Made by a program: the position numbers and the translations under genes. Below the pieces are notes generated by a model. It saw only the letters and a program-made list of their open reading frames with translations. It had not been told where the DNA came from and did no database searches. Of a stretch of 64,000 nucleotides of DNA, positions 8,725 to 18,496 are shown piece by piece. This DNA comes from a virus: positions 64,001-128,000 of the IMG/VR virus record IMGVR_UViG_3300035698_016797. One strand, given 5' to 3'. Positions within the stretch are counted from its first letter, which is position 1, and each line of letters begins with the position of its first letter.

Positions 8725-10351
8725 TTTTCCACCCTATAAATTTGTCATAGTCAGAGGATTGTGTTATGTCAAAACTGGGAAACTTGTACCCTTGAAAGTC
8801 GAGTGCAAAGTCAACCCTATCTGTTATCTCTAATGTAGCGTCTGCCATTTCAGCGGTCAAGCTACCTGTTATCATTTGACCTCTATTCTTAAAGAAGAAG
8901 TCACTTGATGAGAACTCAAGCCCACCACTGTTGCCAGTAGCAACCTTCAGCAAAGTGTTTTGAATAGCGTGGTCTTCTTGCTTTAAGTAGTGACAGTCAT
9001 TAGTCATCACACTCTTAACGCCTTCGTCTTCTGCCATGTTAAGTATCTCTGGGACTAAGTCGTCGTACAAGGGCCAATCAATATGCATTACTTCGTTGTA
9101 AAACCTGTCTCCAAACATTCCTTTCAACATCTGCATGTTAGCTCTGGCCTTATCAATATCACGAGCTTCTTCTGAAAAGTGATATGAAACTGGACTTTTG
9201 TAGCAACCAGACAGTACAATCACACCTTCAGAATGATCCGCAAGCATCTTCTTGTCAATCCTGGGACGATAGTAGAACCCATCTCTCCCGGCAATAGAAC
9301 AGAGCTTCACCAAATTCTGCCAACCCTTCTCTGTCTGAGCAAGCAATACAAGGTGGTAATTACCACGGTTCTCCCGACTTGATGCGTCATCAACGTAGTA
9401 AGCCTCGAACCCATGTATTGGCTTCACTCCTACATCCTTACATGCCTGCTGTTGTTTATAGCATCCAAACATATATCCGTGGTCAGTCAACGCAAATGCT
9501 GGCTGTCCTATGTCGTGAACGTGTTGAGCAATAGCCTCTGGTGACGGAACCCCGTCAAGAAACGAGTATTGTGAGTGAACATGAAGATGAACAAACTCTC
9601 CGTTATCTTCTGGCTTTTCAGGACTATCCTCTTCTATCCACACATGTTTTACCTCGCCCCCATCATCTACGACCTTAAAAGCTTCTGGGTCTGGTCTGGA
9701 AAGTTCTTGTGCCACTACCTTGGCGGCTTCTACTAGCGAAACCTCAGCCTGTTTGTCTTCTTCTTCGAGCTTTTTAGAAAACTCATCAAATGAAACGTGA
9801 TCATAGTCTTCTATTACAATCGGTCGCGTTGCAACATCGTCTTCGAACATTGAGGATGGAACGTATACTGTTTCTGTATCTGTGGATTTATTAAATTCAT
9901 AAACGAGTTCCGTTTTTTTGATTAACTCAACAAAGTTATTAGGAAGATGTGTTGAATGCTTACTCTGAGAATACTTAGCTCCCAACGTGCGAGCCACAGT
10001 TCTTCCGAACTGTTCGGCAGAAACCAATTGTATTACAGAGTTCTTGGGATTAAAAAACACAAACGTCTTCGGCATTAAACCTTCTACGGCAATCCGATCG
10101 GCCAAATAAAAAAAGTATCCCTTCTTACCACCCCTCTTAAGTACAACGGGAATCCTTCTGTGTTCATCCTCGTCTCCAAGATTATAATCTACGATAACCT
10201 CAAAGTGAATACTTTTACCAACCGAAATAAGTCTGTTACCTATCAATCCCATACGGCCAGTAGGTTTGAACGATCCAATATCTGAACCGAAAACGAGGGG
10301 AAGAGTGTGTGACACATACGCATCAATTGTATTTAGATTGAGATCTGCCAT
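8699..10351 (-). CDS. dnaE: Unknown N-terminal domain fused to the DnaE PHP domain (split DnaE, N-terminal half)
   Basis: FVHLHVHSQYSFLDG, ALTDHG, GFEAY, YHLVLLA, LSGC, YYRPRID, TNDCHY all present. AAGGAG SD favours a start at 10351 (MADLN) over 10375. Confidence 0.9.
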   Translation of the reverse strand: MADLNLNTIDAYVSHTLPLVFGSDIGSFKPTGRMGLIGNRLISVGKSIHFEVIVDYNLGDEDEHRRIPVVLKRGGKKGYFFYLADRIAVEGLMPKTFVFFNPKNSVIQLVSAEQFGRTVARTLGAKYSQSKHSTHLPNNFVELIKKTELVYEFNKSTDTETVYVPSSMFEDDVATRPIVIEDYDHVSFDEFSKKLEEEDKQAEVSLVEAAKVVAQELSRPDPEAFKVVDDGGEVKHVWIEEDSPEKPEDNGEFVHLHVHSQYSFLDGVPSPEAIAQHVHDIGQPAFALTDHGYMFGCYKQQQACKDVGVKPIHGFEAYYVDDASSRENRGNYHLVLLAQTEKGWQNLVKLCSIAGRDGFYYRPRIDKKMLADHSEGVIVLSGCYKSPVSYHFSEEARDIDKARANMQMLKGMFGDRFYNEVMHIDWPLYDDLVPEILNMAEDEGVKSVMTNDCHYLKQEDHAIQNTLLKVATGNSGGLEFSSSDFFFKNRGQMITGSLTAEMADATLEITDRVDFALDFQGYKFPSFDITQSSDYDKFIGWKNDQKKIQK

Positions 10352-10377
10352 GCTTAGTACTCCTTTTGTATGCAAGT

Positions 10378-10406
10378 AATGTACGTCGTGTGTTCAAGTA
10401 TATCAA
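10378..10406 (-). promoter_or_regulatory. Sigma70-like promoter upstream of the DnaE PHP gene
   Basis: Minus strand TTGATA-17 bp-TACATT in a short intergenic gap, preceded by a T-run. Confidence 0.45.
10386..10399. repeat. 14-bp intergenic motif TCGTGTGTTCAAGT, copy 1
   Basis: Exact match to 30003-30016; both copies are intergenic and upstream of minus-strand replication genes. Confidence 0.6.
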
Positions 10407-10428
10407 GTCAGTGTGAAAAAAAAATGCA

Positions 10429-10983
10429 CTACGCAGAGACAGAGGTGGCTTCCCATATAGAAAAAATACGCAAAGCTTCTGGTTTGGTTGGTTGCGGAAG
10501 CAGAAAAGTTTCAAACCCGTAGTTTCCAAACGTATCCTTGTATACCCCTGAGAGTTGTTGCTCTAATATTGGGACGTCAGTTCTGTGTCCACGTATACCT
10601 TCTGGGGCTTCCATGATAACGAACTTACGAGCAACCCTCGTTAGTTGAGGAATGGTAGAATCAAAATCTGACTCTGGGATATGCTCTGGTCCATCTTCCC
10701 ATATGATTACGTCATATGATTTTTGACCACACAACTCCTCTATGTTCCTAACGTCACCCTCTACAACATCTATCTCCAAATGTCTAAGGTCTTGTGCATT
10801 CTTAGGATCAAGCTCCAGCACCGTAGGTTTCCACCTTGCCATTGCAAACAAGTCTAGGAATTCAGTCCACTTAGAAGGAACTGCTCCGATATATAACAGT
10901 GTATCAGAATCAAAAACTTCAGGATAATCTTCTTGTAGTTTATCTAAACATGTCATTACTTTGTATTCCTTATCATGAGCCAA
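10429..10983 (-). CDS. Class I SAM-dependent methyltransferase
   Basis: LLYIGA (motif I), VLELD, VVEGDV, YDVIIW..GPEH. Confidence 0.75.
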   Translation of the reverse strand: MAHDKEYKVMTCLDKLQEDYPEVFDSDTLLYIGAVPSKWTEFLDLFAMARWKPTVLELDPKNAQDLRHLEIDVVEGDVRNIEELCGQKSYDVIIWEDGPEHIPESDFDSTIPQLTRVARKFVIMEAPEGIRGHRTDVPILEQQLSGVYKDTFGNYGFETFLLPQPTKPEALRIFSIWEATSVSA

Positions 10984-11531
10984 CCATTTTCACAAGTCTC
11001 TTCTGGTCTTGTCTTGTTGTTAAAAAATACGTATGGTTTGTTAAGACGATGAGCCTCCTCAATATATCTTTTTGGAGAGTCATAATATCCAAGGTCGTGT
11101 ACAAAAATCAAACCATCAGGTTTAGTTATCCTAAAGATCTCATCTGTCCACTCTCCAGAATGGTGGTGGTCTGCGTCTGAAACGACGACGTCGTACGCAT
11201 TCTCTATTGCAGCATAAACGAATTCTTTCTCGGTAACAGGAGCAATAACTCTTGCTCCAAGAAGGGAGACCTCGTCAATAATCTTAGACATTGCAGGATT
11301 ATTATCATGAAAGTTATCAACAGTAGTAAGAGTTCCACTCACGTTATACTTTAGTGCATACAAAATACACTTTGTAAGATACCCATTCCCAATGCCTAAC
11401 TCTAAAACACTCTCTGGTTTTGCAGACAGGATGGTTCCAAAAAGGAAGACACTGTGACACAGGTCAACAGAAACTTCGTTGTCAGAATCAAATGTCGTTA
11501 TGTATTTCATGTACTCAGTTATATTATTCAT
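10956..11531 (-). CDS. Class I SAM-dependent methyltransferase (Methyltransf_24-like)
   Basis: KPESVLELGIGNG, TTVDN, YDVVVSDADH, KPDGLIFVHD. Confidence 0.85.
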   Translation of the reverse strand: MNNITEYMKYITTFDSDNEVSVDLCHSVFLFGTILSAKPESVLELGIGNGYLTKCILYALKYNVSGTLTTVDNFHDNNPAMSKIIDEVSLLGARVIAPVTEKEFVYAAIENAYDVVVSDADHHHSGEWTDEIFRITKPDGLIFVHDLGYYDSPKRYIEEAHRLNKPYVFFNNKTRPEETCENGWLMIRNTK

Positions 11532-12228
11532 GTAACCTCTCCAAATGTTTAGCGTCAGAAATTATCTGTGCTACTCTATTTCTATGTCCACTATTAAACA
11601 GTCCCGCTCCGGCGTAGTGGATTATGTAAGAATCAAACCTGTCTGCACAACCATTCCACTCTTCTGAAAACATGGTCATGTGATTCCATTTAAAGTCTAA
11701 TTCGTGTACGGTAAAACCCTTACTGTGTATTTGATACCCAAAATGAATATCGTCGTAACCAAAATCCATCCAGTAAGTCCCATCAATTGGCGTAAATATA
11801 TCACGATGACACTTGGATGTCAAGAAAACACCGCTGTTTATATACCCTTGTTTCCATCCAACGTCAGTATATCTGCGCTGAACCTTGTGAATTACATCTC
11901 TACGATGAGAAGCTCTTGATCCAACATCCTCAAAGATGGAACCTATAGTATCTTCTGGAACCTCTTTGAAAATATCTGGACATGCAGGACTGACCAATAG
12001 ATCACAATCTAGTGATAGAATTCTATCATAGTCATCATACAGTTTGTACAGGTCCATTATTCTGTAGTGTGCCCGTGGAGGTCTCTCATTAGTCCACACA
12101 GGAGGAGGGCTATCAAGACAACACAAGTCTGCACCACACTTGTAAGCATAAGCCTTCAGGGTAGGCATGGTGACGGAAGACATCTCTTCTATATTAGAAT
12201 CACAACGAGTGGCTATTAAAAGTTTCAC
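11524..12228 (-). CDS. GT-A fold glycosyltransferase (GT8-like)
   Basis: YDRILSLDCD (DxD), YINSGVF, WNHM, IIHYAG; GTG start overlapping the upstream stop. Confidence 0.8.
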   Translation of the reverse strand: MKLLIATRCDSNIEEMSSVTMPTLKAYAYKCGADLCCLDSPPPVWTNERPPRAHYRIMDLYKLYDDYDRILSLDCDLLVSPACPDIFKEVPEDTIGSIFEDVGSRASHRRDVIHKVQRRYTDVGWKQGYINSGVFLTSKCHRDIFTPIDGTYWMDFGYDDIHFGYQIHSKGFTVHELDFKWNHMTMFSEEWNGCADRFDSYIIHYAGAGLFNSGHRNRVAQIISDAKHLERLHE

Positions 12229-13460
12229 TTTGTTTGCCTTTCACAAAGCAACTCGTCAAACTTGTCAGTCAATCGTTTCTGAGTTGCCTTCAATTGTTCG
12301 TTAGTAAAATGCTCTGTACTCCAAAAGTCATTTGAATACTCGTCGGTGTTTGCCCAGTCAGTGTCAGAAAGACTACTATTATATAACTTACATCCTGGAT
12401 AGGGACATAAGATTGTAAATCCAACAACGTCTGGATCAATTCGTTCAACAAAGGCTTCTGTCATGTCTACATCTTCCTGTGTCTCATTTGGCATACCAAG
12501 AAGAAAGAAGGCTCTACGTTTAACACCCTCCTCTTTTGCCCATTCAAATACCTGGGCTATCTTGTCTGTGGACACACCCTTTCCTATATCTTTCAATATC
12601 TTATCGCTACCACTTTCACATCCTATGTTTACCTGATTACAATTAGCCTTTCTTAGCCATTCAAACATTTCTTTGGTTGCAAAATTAGCATGAATCATAG
12701 CCTCCCACTCAGTATCTATGCCCATATTAATCTTGTATTTACAAAGGTCTATTACATACTGTGCGGAAGAATCAAATGTTGCATCGACAAACTTGAAGTA
12801 TGTTAAATCATACTTTTCAATAGCGATTCTGATTTCATTACACAAATCGTGGATTCCGACCCTTCTAATGGGATTTGATTTAGAGTTGTATCTACCAGAC
12901 ATCTTGCACTCTGAACAAAATGCACACTGTATTGGACACCCTCTATTAGCCTGAAAGCTTGCGGTGCGTTGACCATTCATTGACTCACACAAAGAAATAG
13001 TTCTATCATTTTGAATTAAATCTCTATCTGGAGCATACAGGTCTTCCATAGGAAGCTTGCTTCCATACATTACCTTGCTGCGATTTCCATATAATATATG
13101 CAGAAACGCATCCTCTCCCTCTCCTATTACAATCTGGTCAACCCCATCCTGTAAACACTTCTTTCCCATGGCAGTTGTGTGCCAACCTCCAAATACGCAG
13201 TGAACCTTAGGATTGATAGCCTTTATCCTTAGAGACATTGCAACTGCGCGATCAAACGTAGGAGAAGTTGTACTGAACCCTACTATGTCAGACTTTGCCG
13301 CTTCTTGCACTATATAGTCTGCATCATCGAACGTCTCTTGAAAGAAGTTCATTGTAAAAGGCTTGCTATAGTAACTCATCTTGCAATATGAGGCTATGTA
13401 TCCTATGCCGAGAGCTTCCCAAACATTATGATAATATGGTTGTATAAATGTTACTTTCAT
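12225..13460 (-). CDS. Cobalamin-binding radical SAM protein
   Basis: N-terminal B12-binding domain (LGIGYIAS, DIVGFS, VFGGWHTT, IGEGE); RGCPIQCAFC (CxxxCxxC); IGCESGS; FLLGMPNET. Confidence 0.9.
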   Translation of the reverse strand: MKVTFIQPYYHNVWEALGIGYIASYCKMSYYSKPFTMNFFQETFDDADYIVQEAAKSDIVGFSTTSPTFDRAVAMSLRIKAINPKVHCVFGGWHTTAMGKKCLQDGVDQIVIGEGEDAFLHILYGNRSKVMYGSKLPMEDLYAPDRDLIQNDRTISLCESMNGQRTASFQANRGCPIQCAFCSECKMSGRYNSKSNPIRRVGIHDLCNEIRIAIEKYDLTYFKFVDATFDSSAQYVIDLCKYKINMGIDTEWEAMIHANFATKEMFEWLRKANCNQVNIGCESGSDKILKDIGKGVSTDKIAQVFEWAKEEGVKRRAFFLLGMPNETQEDVDMTEAFVERIDPDVVGFTILCPYPGCKLYNSSLSDTDWANTDEYSNDFWSTEHFTNEQLKATQKRLTDKFDELLCERQTK

Positions 13461-14479
13461 CTGACGTATCCAGACCTTTCCATGTACCCCTTGCCAGGAG
13501 TATCTTTGACGGAGTGTGCAGCTCTGTTTATTAACTCAATCACCTTGTCTTGATCTTCAACAATATTCTTCCTTATTGGCAATGCTACGATTCTTGAGAA
13601 AACATAGTCTGTATTTGGAAGACCCCATACAATTGGATCATAGTATACTTTAACCTCTACTCCATTAGATTCAAGGGTATTTACGATAGAATCTCTTACA
13701 GCTGGAGACTTAAGCATGATAGCAAACACGCTGTTGTTTCTTGCAATAGGAGCATGTTGTATCTTAAACGGGAATGTGAATCCATTCATATACTTGTCCA
13801 CTACCTGTTGAGTTTCCTCTCTGTACCTGTCGTAGTTTTTCATTGATTTGAGTGCAACCAGTGCATTAATCTCTCCCATCCTGCCAGACAGCCTTCTCAA
13901 CTCAACGGCAGTTTCTGCTATAGAATCATGGTTTGTTAATATCATTCCACCTTCCATTGCCGTTACCAATTTAGTAAATGAGAATGAAACAACCTCTGCC
14001 AACCCTCTGTGTCCAAGATTTGGGAGATCAAAACCATGTGCGGCATCGTAGATGACTGGTACATCAGTAATCTCATGACATTCACTGCCAAATGTATCTA
14101 CAGCTATAGCCGCGTCTATTCCTCTTGTTTTAATATCGTCAACAATAGGCTCCATCAGCCAGGTGTCCTTATTTATATCACAAAAAACAGGAACGTTATC
14201 CTGGGTGGATTCAATAGCATATATTGTGCTAGGCCATGTAAACGAGGGTACAGCTATTCTCTTTCCCTTCCATCCAGCAGAGTTGATTGCAATAGTTAGT
14301 CCGGTAGTTGCACTTGAACATGCGATAGCATGTTTGACACCATACATAAGACAAAACGTTGATTCCAACTCTTCCATCCTCTCCCCTATGCTAACCCATC
14401 CACTCTCTATGATGGCACGAATCTTGTCATAATCTTCGTCTACTAAGTCAATGTGAGGGACGCTGTATTGATGTTCCAT
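13457..14479 (-). CDS. DegT/DnrJ/EryC1/StrS PLP-dependent NDP-sugar aminotransferase
   Basis: ACSSATTGL, VPSFTW, PVFCDI, YDAAHG, SFSFTK (PLP lysine)...EGGMILT. Confidence 0.9.
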   Translation of the reverse strand: MEHQYSVPHIDLVDEDYDKIRAIIESGWVSIGERMEELESTFCLMYGVKHAIACSSATTGLTIAINSAGWKGKRIAVPSFTWPSTIYAIESTQDNVPVFCDINKDTWLMEPIVDDIKTRGIDAAIAVDTFGSECHEITDVPVIYDAAHGFDLPNLGHRGLAEVVSFSFTKLVTAMEGGMILTNHDSIAETAVELRRLSGRMGEINALVALKSMKNYDRYREETQQVVDKYMNGFTFPFKIQHAPIARNNSVFAIMLKSPAVRDSIVNTLESNGVEVKVYYDPIVWGLPNTDYVFSRIVALPIRKNIVEDQDKVIELINRAAHSVKDTPGKGYMERSGYVR

Positions 14480-14481
14480 AT

Positions 14482-15771
14482 CTATTTCTCCAATTTTATG
14501 AGCGGCCTGCCAGTATCAGACTTGCCTATAATTTCCCAGCTGCTAAACCTTCCAACGTCTGCAATAAATTCTGCCAGTCCATCAAACCCAACAACGTCAA
14601 GCTTTGAAAAAATTGTTGGAGAAGTTTCTACAAAAAACATCTTATTAACCTTACTCCCCAACACTCTCAACGTTTCTTCTACTTCATCTTTACTTCTGGT
14701 GTCTGAAATTTGAACAGAACCTGGAGGAGGAGAGCTAACGAGCCAGTGTAACATACTCAGGGCAGAAACTACATCATAAGACTCCATTGATTTAACATAT
14801 TCCATATTAAAATTTGAAGCATCAAAACTAACAGGCACTTCATGAATTTCTGCCAATGTGTTTGCAAAATTGATCATAGGGACAGATGCATCCATTCCTG
14901 TGGTGTCCATTCCCCACTCCCTATTAAAGTAGAATGGAAACCATCCAACATTACATCCAATGTCAAGATAGGTTGCACCGTTCAAATCAAACTTCATGTG
15001 TTGAAGCATGAGATTTGCTCTGTCTGAACATTTTCTACTAGTTGAAACAAGTTTACCAAAGTCTGGATCATTTTTCTCAGTCTCTGTTCTTAATGTATTT
15101 TGTAGTGGATCAAAAAAGATGGGCTGATGTACGTTCTCTAGGGATTGATACTCTTCGGTTATCATTTTTGCTATTGATTCATCCATTATTTTTCTCCAGT
15201 TATAACCTCTTTGATTGCAGATTTCCATCATTGTGTGTGAAAATCCAGTGTACCATTTGAGATCGTGCTCTGTAAAACTTTTACAATTGAAAAATCCATT
15301 GTTTACAACGGCCATCTTTTCTCCAATAAACGGAAGCCATCCATCAACTCTGTCATCGTTGAAGTCTATTATCTTTGGGTGTCCATTCGTATCTATCATG
15401 CAATGTTTTGACAATGCTGGCCAAAGAACACCGTTCACATACAACTCTCTAACTGTACAGAGATATGTGTAAACTACATGTTTCAATTGATCAAGGGATA
15501 TTTTTTCTGGCAATGGATCGAGCTTTTCAATTACCAAAAACGGATGGCCCTGGATATCTGAACCGTAAGCAATCAAACCTACGACACCGTCAAGTTGAAG
15601 CTCTAAAACCTCCTTCTCTTGGGGAAAGCGCAATCCTTCATTCATTACTTGAACCTTAACAAGGACGTCTTCTCCATCGAGAACTGCCTCAAACATTCTA
15701 CTTGAACCTGAACCCTGTCGTATAAACGGGCGAAGATTAACCAAGTCTGAATATTTTACTTCGTAACTCAT
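14482..15771 (-). CDS. Kinase-fold (probable pseudokinase) / class I methyltransferase fusion
   Basis: N-terminal GSGSS, VLVK, LVIEKL, KIIDF kinase motifs; C-terminal YLDIGCNVGWF, GMD, YDVVSALSMLHW methyltransferase motifs. Confidence 0.75.
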   Translation of the reverse strand: MSYEVKYSDLVNLRPFIRQGSGSSRMFEAVLDGEDVLVKVQVMNEGLRFPQEKEVLELQLDGVVGLIAYGSDIQGHPFLVIEKLDPLPEKISLDQLKHVVYTYLCTVRELYVNGVLWPALSKHCMIDTNGHPKIIDFNDDRVDGWLPFIGEKMAVVNNGFFNCKSFTEHDLKWYTGFSHTMMEICNQRGYNWRKIMDESIAKMITEEYQSLENVHQPIFFDPLQNTLRTETEKNDPDFGKLVSTSRKCSDRANLMLQHMKFDLNGATYLDIGCNVGWFPFYFNREWGMDTTGMDASVPMINFANTLAEIHEVPVSFDASNFNMEYVKSMESYDVVSALSMLHWLVSSPPPGSVQISDTRSKDEVEETLRVLGSKVNKMFFVETSPTIFSKLDVVGFDGLAEFIADVGRFSSWEIIGKSDTGRPLIKLEK

Positions 15772-15773
15772 TC

Positions 15774-16667
15774 TTACGCTCCAAGCATTGTTGTCTCAAC
15801 AATAACCTTTGCCCAATTCTGCCTGTTAAACTTCTGAACAGTATCATACCCATGTGCCCTGATGATGTTTCTTTCTCTCTCATTACACAGGTAATAATCA
15901 ACCTTAGAAGACAACTCTTTAGGACTATCAAACACTTCAAAGTCTTTCCCAGGGGTAAAATCTCTCTCCATATTTGCCCACGGTTGAGTCAACAGAAAAC
16001 CCTTGCTTGCCAAAATTTTGTAAGTTCTATCTGACGTACCAGCATTGTGAAGTACAAAGTTAAGATTGATTATGCTTTTTGCAACTGCAATGGAATGGTC
16101 AATCCCATAGGCGTTATCAATCACACGGAACGGAACCTGTGCAAGATAGGATCTTCTTTGAGAGTCCCTTACGTTTCCAATGAAAGAAACGTCGTGCTCA
16201 TAACCCACATTTGAAAGCCAAAGGTTCGAATCTTCATCATACCCTTCTTGCAAAAAAGACACCTTGCTCGAAATGTGTTGTGCTCTCTGGTATGGTTCTT
16301 CCAATGCAAAGAAGGAGTGGTCTGCAAGAGCAATCTTGGTGATAAGACCACTGTCATAGTTATCCATTGGGTCCATGTACCACAATACAACCTTGGAAAA
16401 CTCTTTACACTTCTCAAAGGTTGCTGAATTTATATGTGCAACATGACTCTTGTCATGATGAGTGCACTTGCTGAACAGAACAATGTCTGGTTTGTACAAT
16501 CTACACTGTTCAATAAGATCCAAGTCTCTTGTATTATTCCCAAACTTAGCTCCTACTGCTCGATAGTCGTACTCAATAACATCATGGCCAAGCCTTCTAA
16601 ATGCAGAAACTTGAGAAACATTTGTGGATTGAGAAGAAAATACTCCAACGAACATTATGTTAGCCAT
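15774..16667 (-). CDS. CgeB-like GT-B glycosyltransferase
   Basis: DVSFIGN, SIINLNF, SDRTYKILASKGFLLT, ELSSKVDYYL...ERNIIRAHGY. Confidence 0.85.
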   Translation of the reverse strand: MANIMFVGVFSSQSTNVSQVSAFRRLGHDVIEYDYRAVGAKFGNNTRDLDLIEQCRLYKPDIVLFSKCTHHDKSHVAHINSATFEKCKEFSKVVLWYMDPMDNYDSGLITKIALADHSFFALEEPYQRAQHISSKVSFLQEGYDEDSNLWLSNVGYEHDVSFIGNVRDSQRRSYLAQVPFRVIDNAYGIDHSIAVAKSIINLNFVLHNAGTSDRTYKILASKGFLLTQPWANMERDFTPGKDFEVFDSPKELSSKVDYYLCNERERNIIRAHGYDTVQKFNRQNWAKVIVETTMLGA

Positions 16668-17571
16668 ATCCAGCCCTTTCTAGGAATTCATTTAGACCTA
16701 TCCATTCAACAGTACAATCAAAAACATAAAGCGGATCAATTACTCTACAATCCCATTGACACACCTCTCTATTGTACAGCCAAAACTTGGATGGTTTAGT
16801 ATGTTGACATGGGCTACAATCTAACTCTTTATAGACTACATTACAACTCTTATGGAACCTTTTGTCATAATTCTTTTTTCTATCAGTGAACGTAAACAAA
16901 ACAACTTGATGAATTCCAAGCAGACTTGCCAAATGGTAAGTGCCAGTGTCTGTAGACACAAACATCTTGCAACCCTTTAAGAGTGCTATTGTATTGGTTA
17001 ATGACATTTCGGTAAGGTCTATTGTACCTTTAACATATTCATCTTTAGAACCTATGCTTGCTACTGACAGGCCAGCCTTGTCAAAACATGAGGCAAGCTC
17101 TTCAAAATATGGATAACTTTTTGCCTCCCACATGTCTCCTGAAGCTTTGTTGTATCCGTTATGAATTACAATTTTAGCATCAGTCCTGGGATCTATATCA
17201 TCAAACAGACCTGGCAATACAAAGTCATCTTCTGAAATCTCGTCTGTTACTATCTGCATGTTGAATGACACCTCAGAAAAGTCTCCTCTTTTAACATCAC
17301 GATTAAGAAGTGTCAATCCATTGATTTGTTTTTCCGCAGCGTCACAACAGTAAGACCTATAGTACCCATCATATTCAGCCGGGTCAATACTGTGGACAAC
17401 AGTAGCAATGCGCTTAAACAAAAAGTTGGTATAATCATAACGCGTCCTAATTACATTCATGACACACACTTCTTTGTCTGGGTTGAGTTTTTTTAACAGT
17501 GCAACTCCAGGCATTGCCTCTACCTGATTCCCAACCCCTTCTCCAACCAAATATAATAGTTTACGAGCCAT
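16660..17571 (-). CDS. GT9-family (heptosyltransferase-like) glycosyltransferase
   Basis: GVGNQV, KSYPYFEELA, FVSTDTGTYHLASLLG..VVLF. Confidence 0.85.
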   Translation of the reverse strand: MARKLLYLVGEGVGNQVEAMPGVALLKKLNPDKEVCVMNVIRTRYDYTNFLFKRIATVVHSIDPAEYDGYYRSYCCDAAEKQINGLTLLNRDVKRGDFSEVSFNMQIVTDEISEDDFVLPGLFDDIDPRTDAKIVIHNGYNKASGDMWEAKSYPYFEELASCFDKAGLSVASIGSKDEYVKGTIDLTEMSLTNTIALLKGCKMFVSTDTGTYHLASLLGIHQVVLFTFTDRKKNYDKRFHKSCNVVYKELDCSPCQHTKPSKFWLYNREVCQWDCRVIDPLYVFDCTVEWIGLNEFLERAGYG

Positions 17572-18496
17572 TGCGTAAATCCTTATCGTCTAACGACCCT
17601 TGAATTTGATCCTTGATTTTGTCTAGGTCTGGATCATTAAACTTTTCACGAACTTCGTCCTCTGGAAAGTCTGTAAGTACCATCTTATCAAACTGTGCAT
17701 TTTTAAACGTTGCGGGTGTTGAATGCAGCCCACGTTCACCTATATAGATTGCCCTGTTAACAGTGGTAAACAAGCGCGTCATACCAGCCATTACACAAGC
17801 CCACTCTTTGGCTCTATCCTGAGAGGTTGTACCCTCTGGAAGATTCCAAGTATCCTTGTACCATTTACGAATGGCATTGTGATCTCTTTTTTGATAGTTG
17901 AACTGTTGGATCATCTCATAATATTCCTGATAGACGTCCCAAATTCTTTCCCACTTATCCTTCCACATTGCAAAACCATACCAATGAGGTCTGCCAATAC
18001 GAACACTATCTAGTGCTCCAATCTTGTCATCCTCTTCAATAAACCATCCTCCCGCAACGCTTGATTGAACAGTTGCTATTTGTGGATGATCCTTAAATTG
18101 TCTCAACAAAATTTTGGTAAGGTAAATCCAATTCTTTGACACTACAACATCGTCTTCTACAACCGCACACGCATCATAACCTCCGTGCAAAAGAATATCA
18201 TTATGAGCCTTACATTGGTTCATAGCTATCCCATAATTCCCATCACGAATCATATCATTTTTGTTTGGGAGAGTACATTCTCTCCACAAGTTAATACAAA
18301 GATCTATGGACTCTTGATTTCCAGAAACGGAACCATCAACAACGTTCTTAGAACCATCTTGTACAAAGAAAAAATCGACATCTTCAAGGTCTGTCTGTCC
18401 CTCAAGAGATTTTAACACCTGCCTTAGATATTTTGGCCTGTCGAATGATATGATTGCAACAGCAAGTCTTGTGTTAAGAATGTTCATACTACACAC
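17561..18496 (-). CDS. GT-A fold (GT2-like) glycosyltransferase
   Basis: IISFDRPKYLRQVLKSL, FVQDG, NYGIA, VVEDDVVVS. Confidence 0.8.
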   Translation of the reverse strand: MCSMNILNTRLAVAIISFDRPKYLRQVLKSLEGQTDLEDVDFFFVQDGSKNVVDGSVSGNQESIDLCINLWRECTLPNKNDMIRDGNYGIAMNQCKAHNDILLHGGYDACAVVEDDVVVSKNWIYLTKILLRQFKDHPQIATVQSSVAGGWFIEEDDKIGALDSVRIGRPHWYGFAMWKDKWERIWDVYQEYYEMIQQFNYQKRDHNAIRKWYKDTWNLPEGTTSQDRAKEWACVMAGMTRLFTTVNRAIYIGERGLHSTPATFKNAQFDKMVLTDFPEDEVREKFNDPDLDKIKDQIQGSLDDKDLRNGS

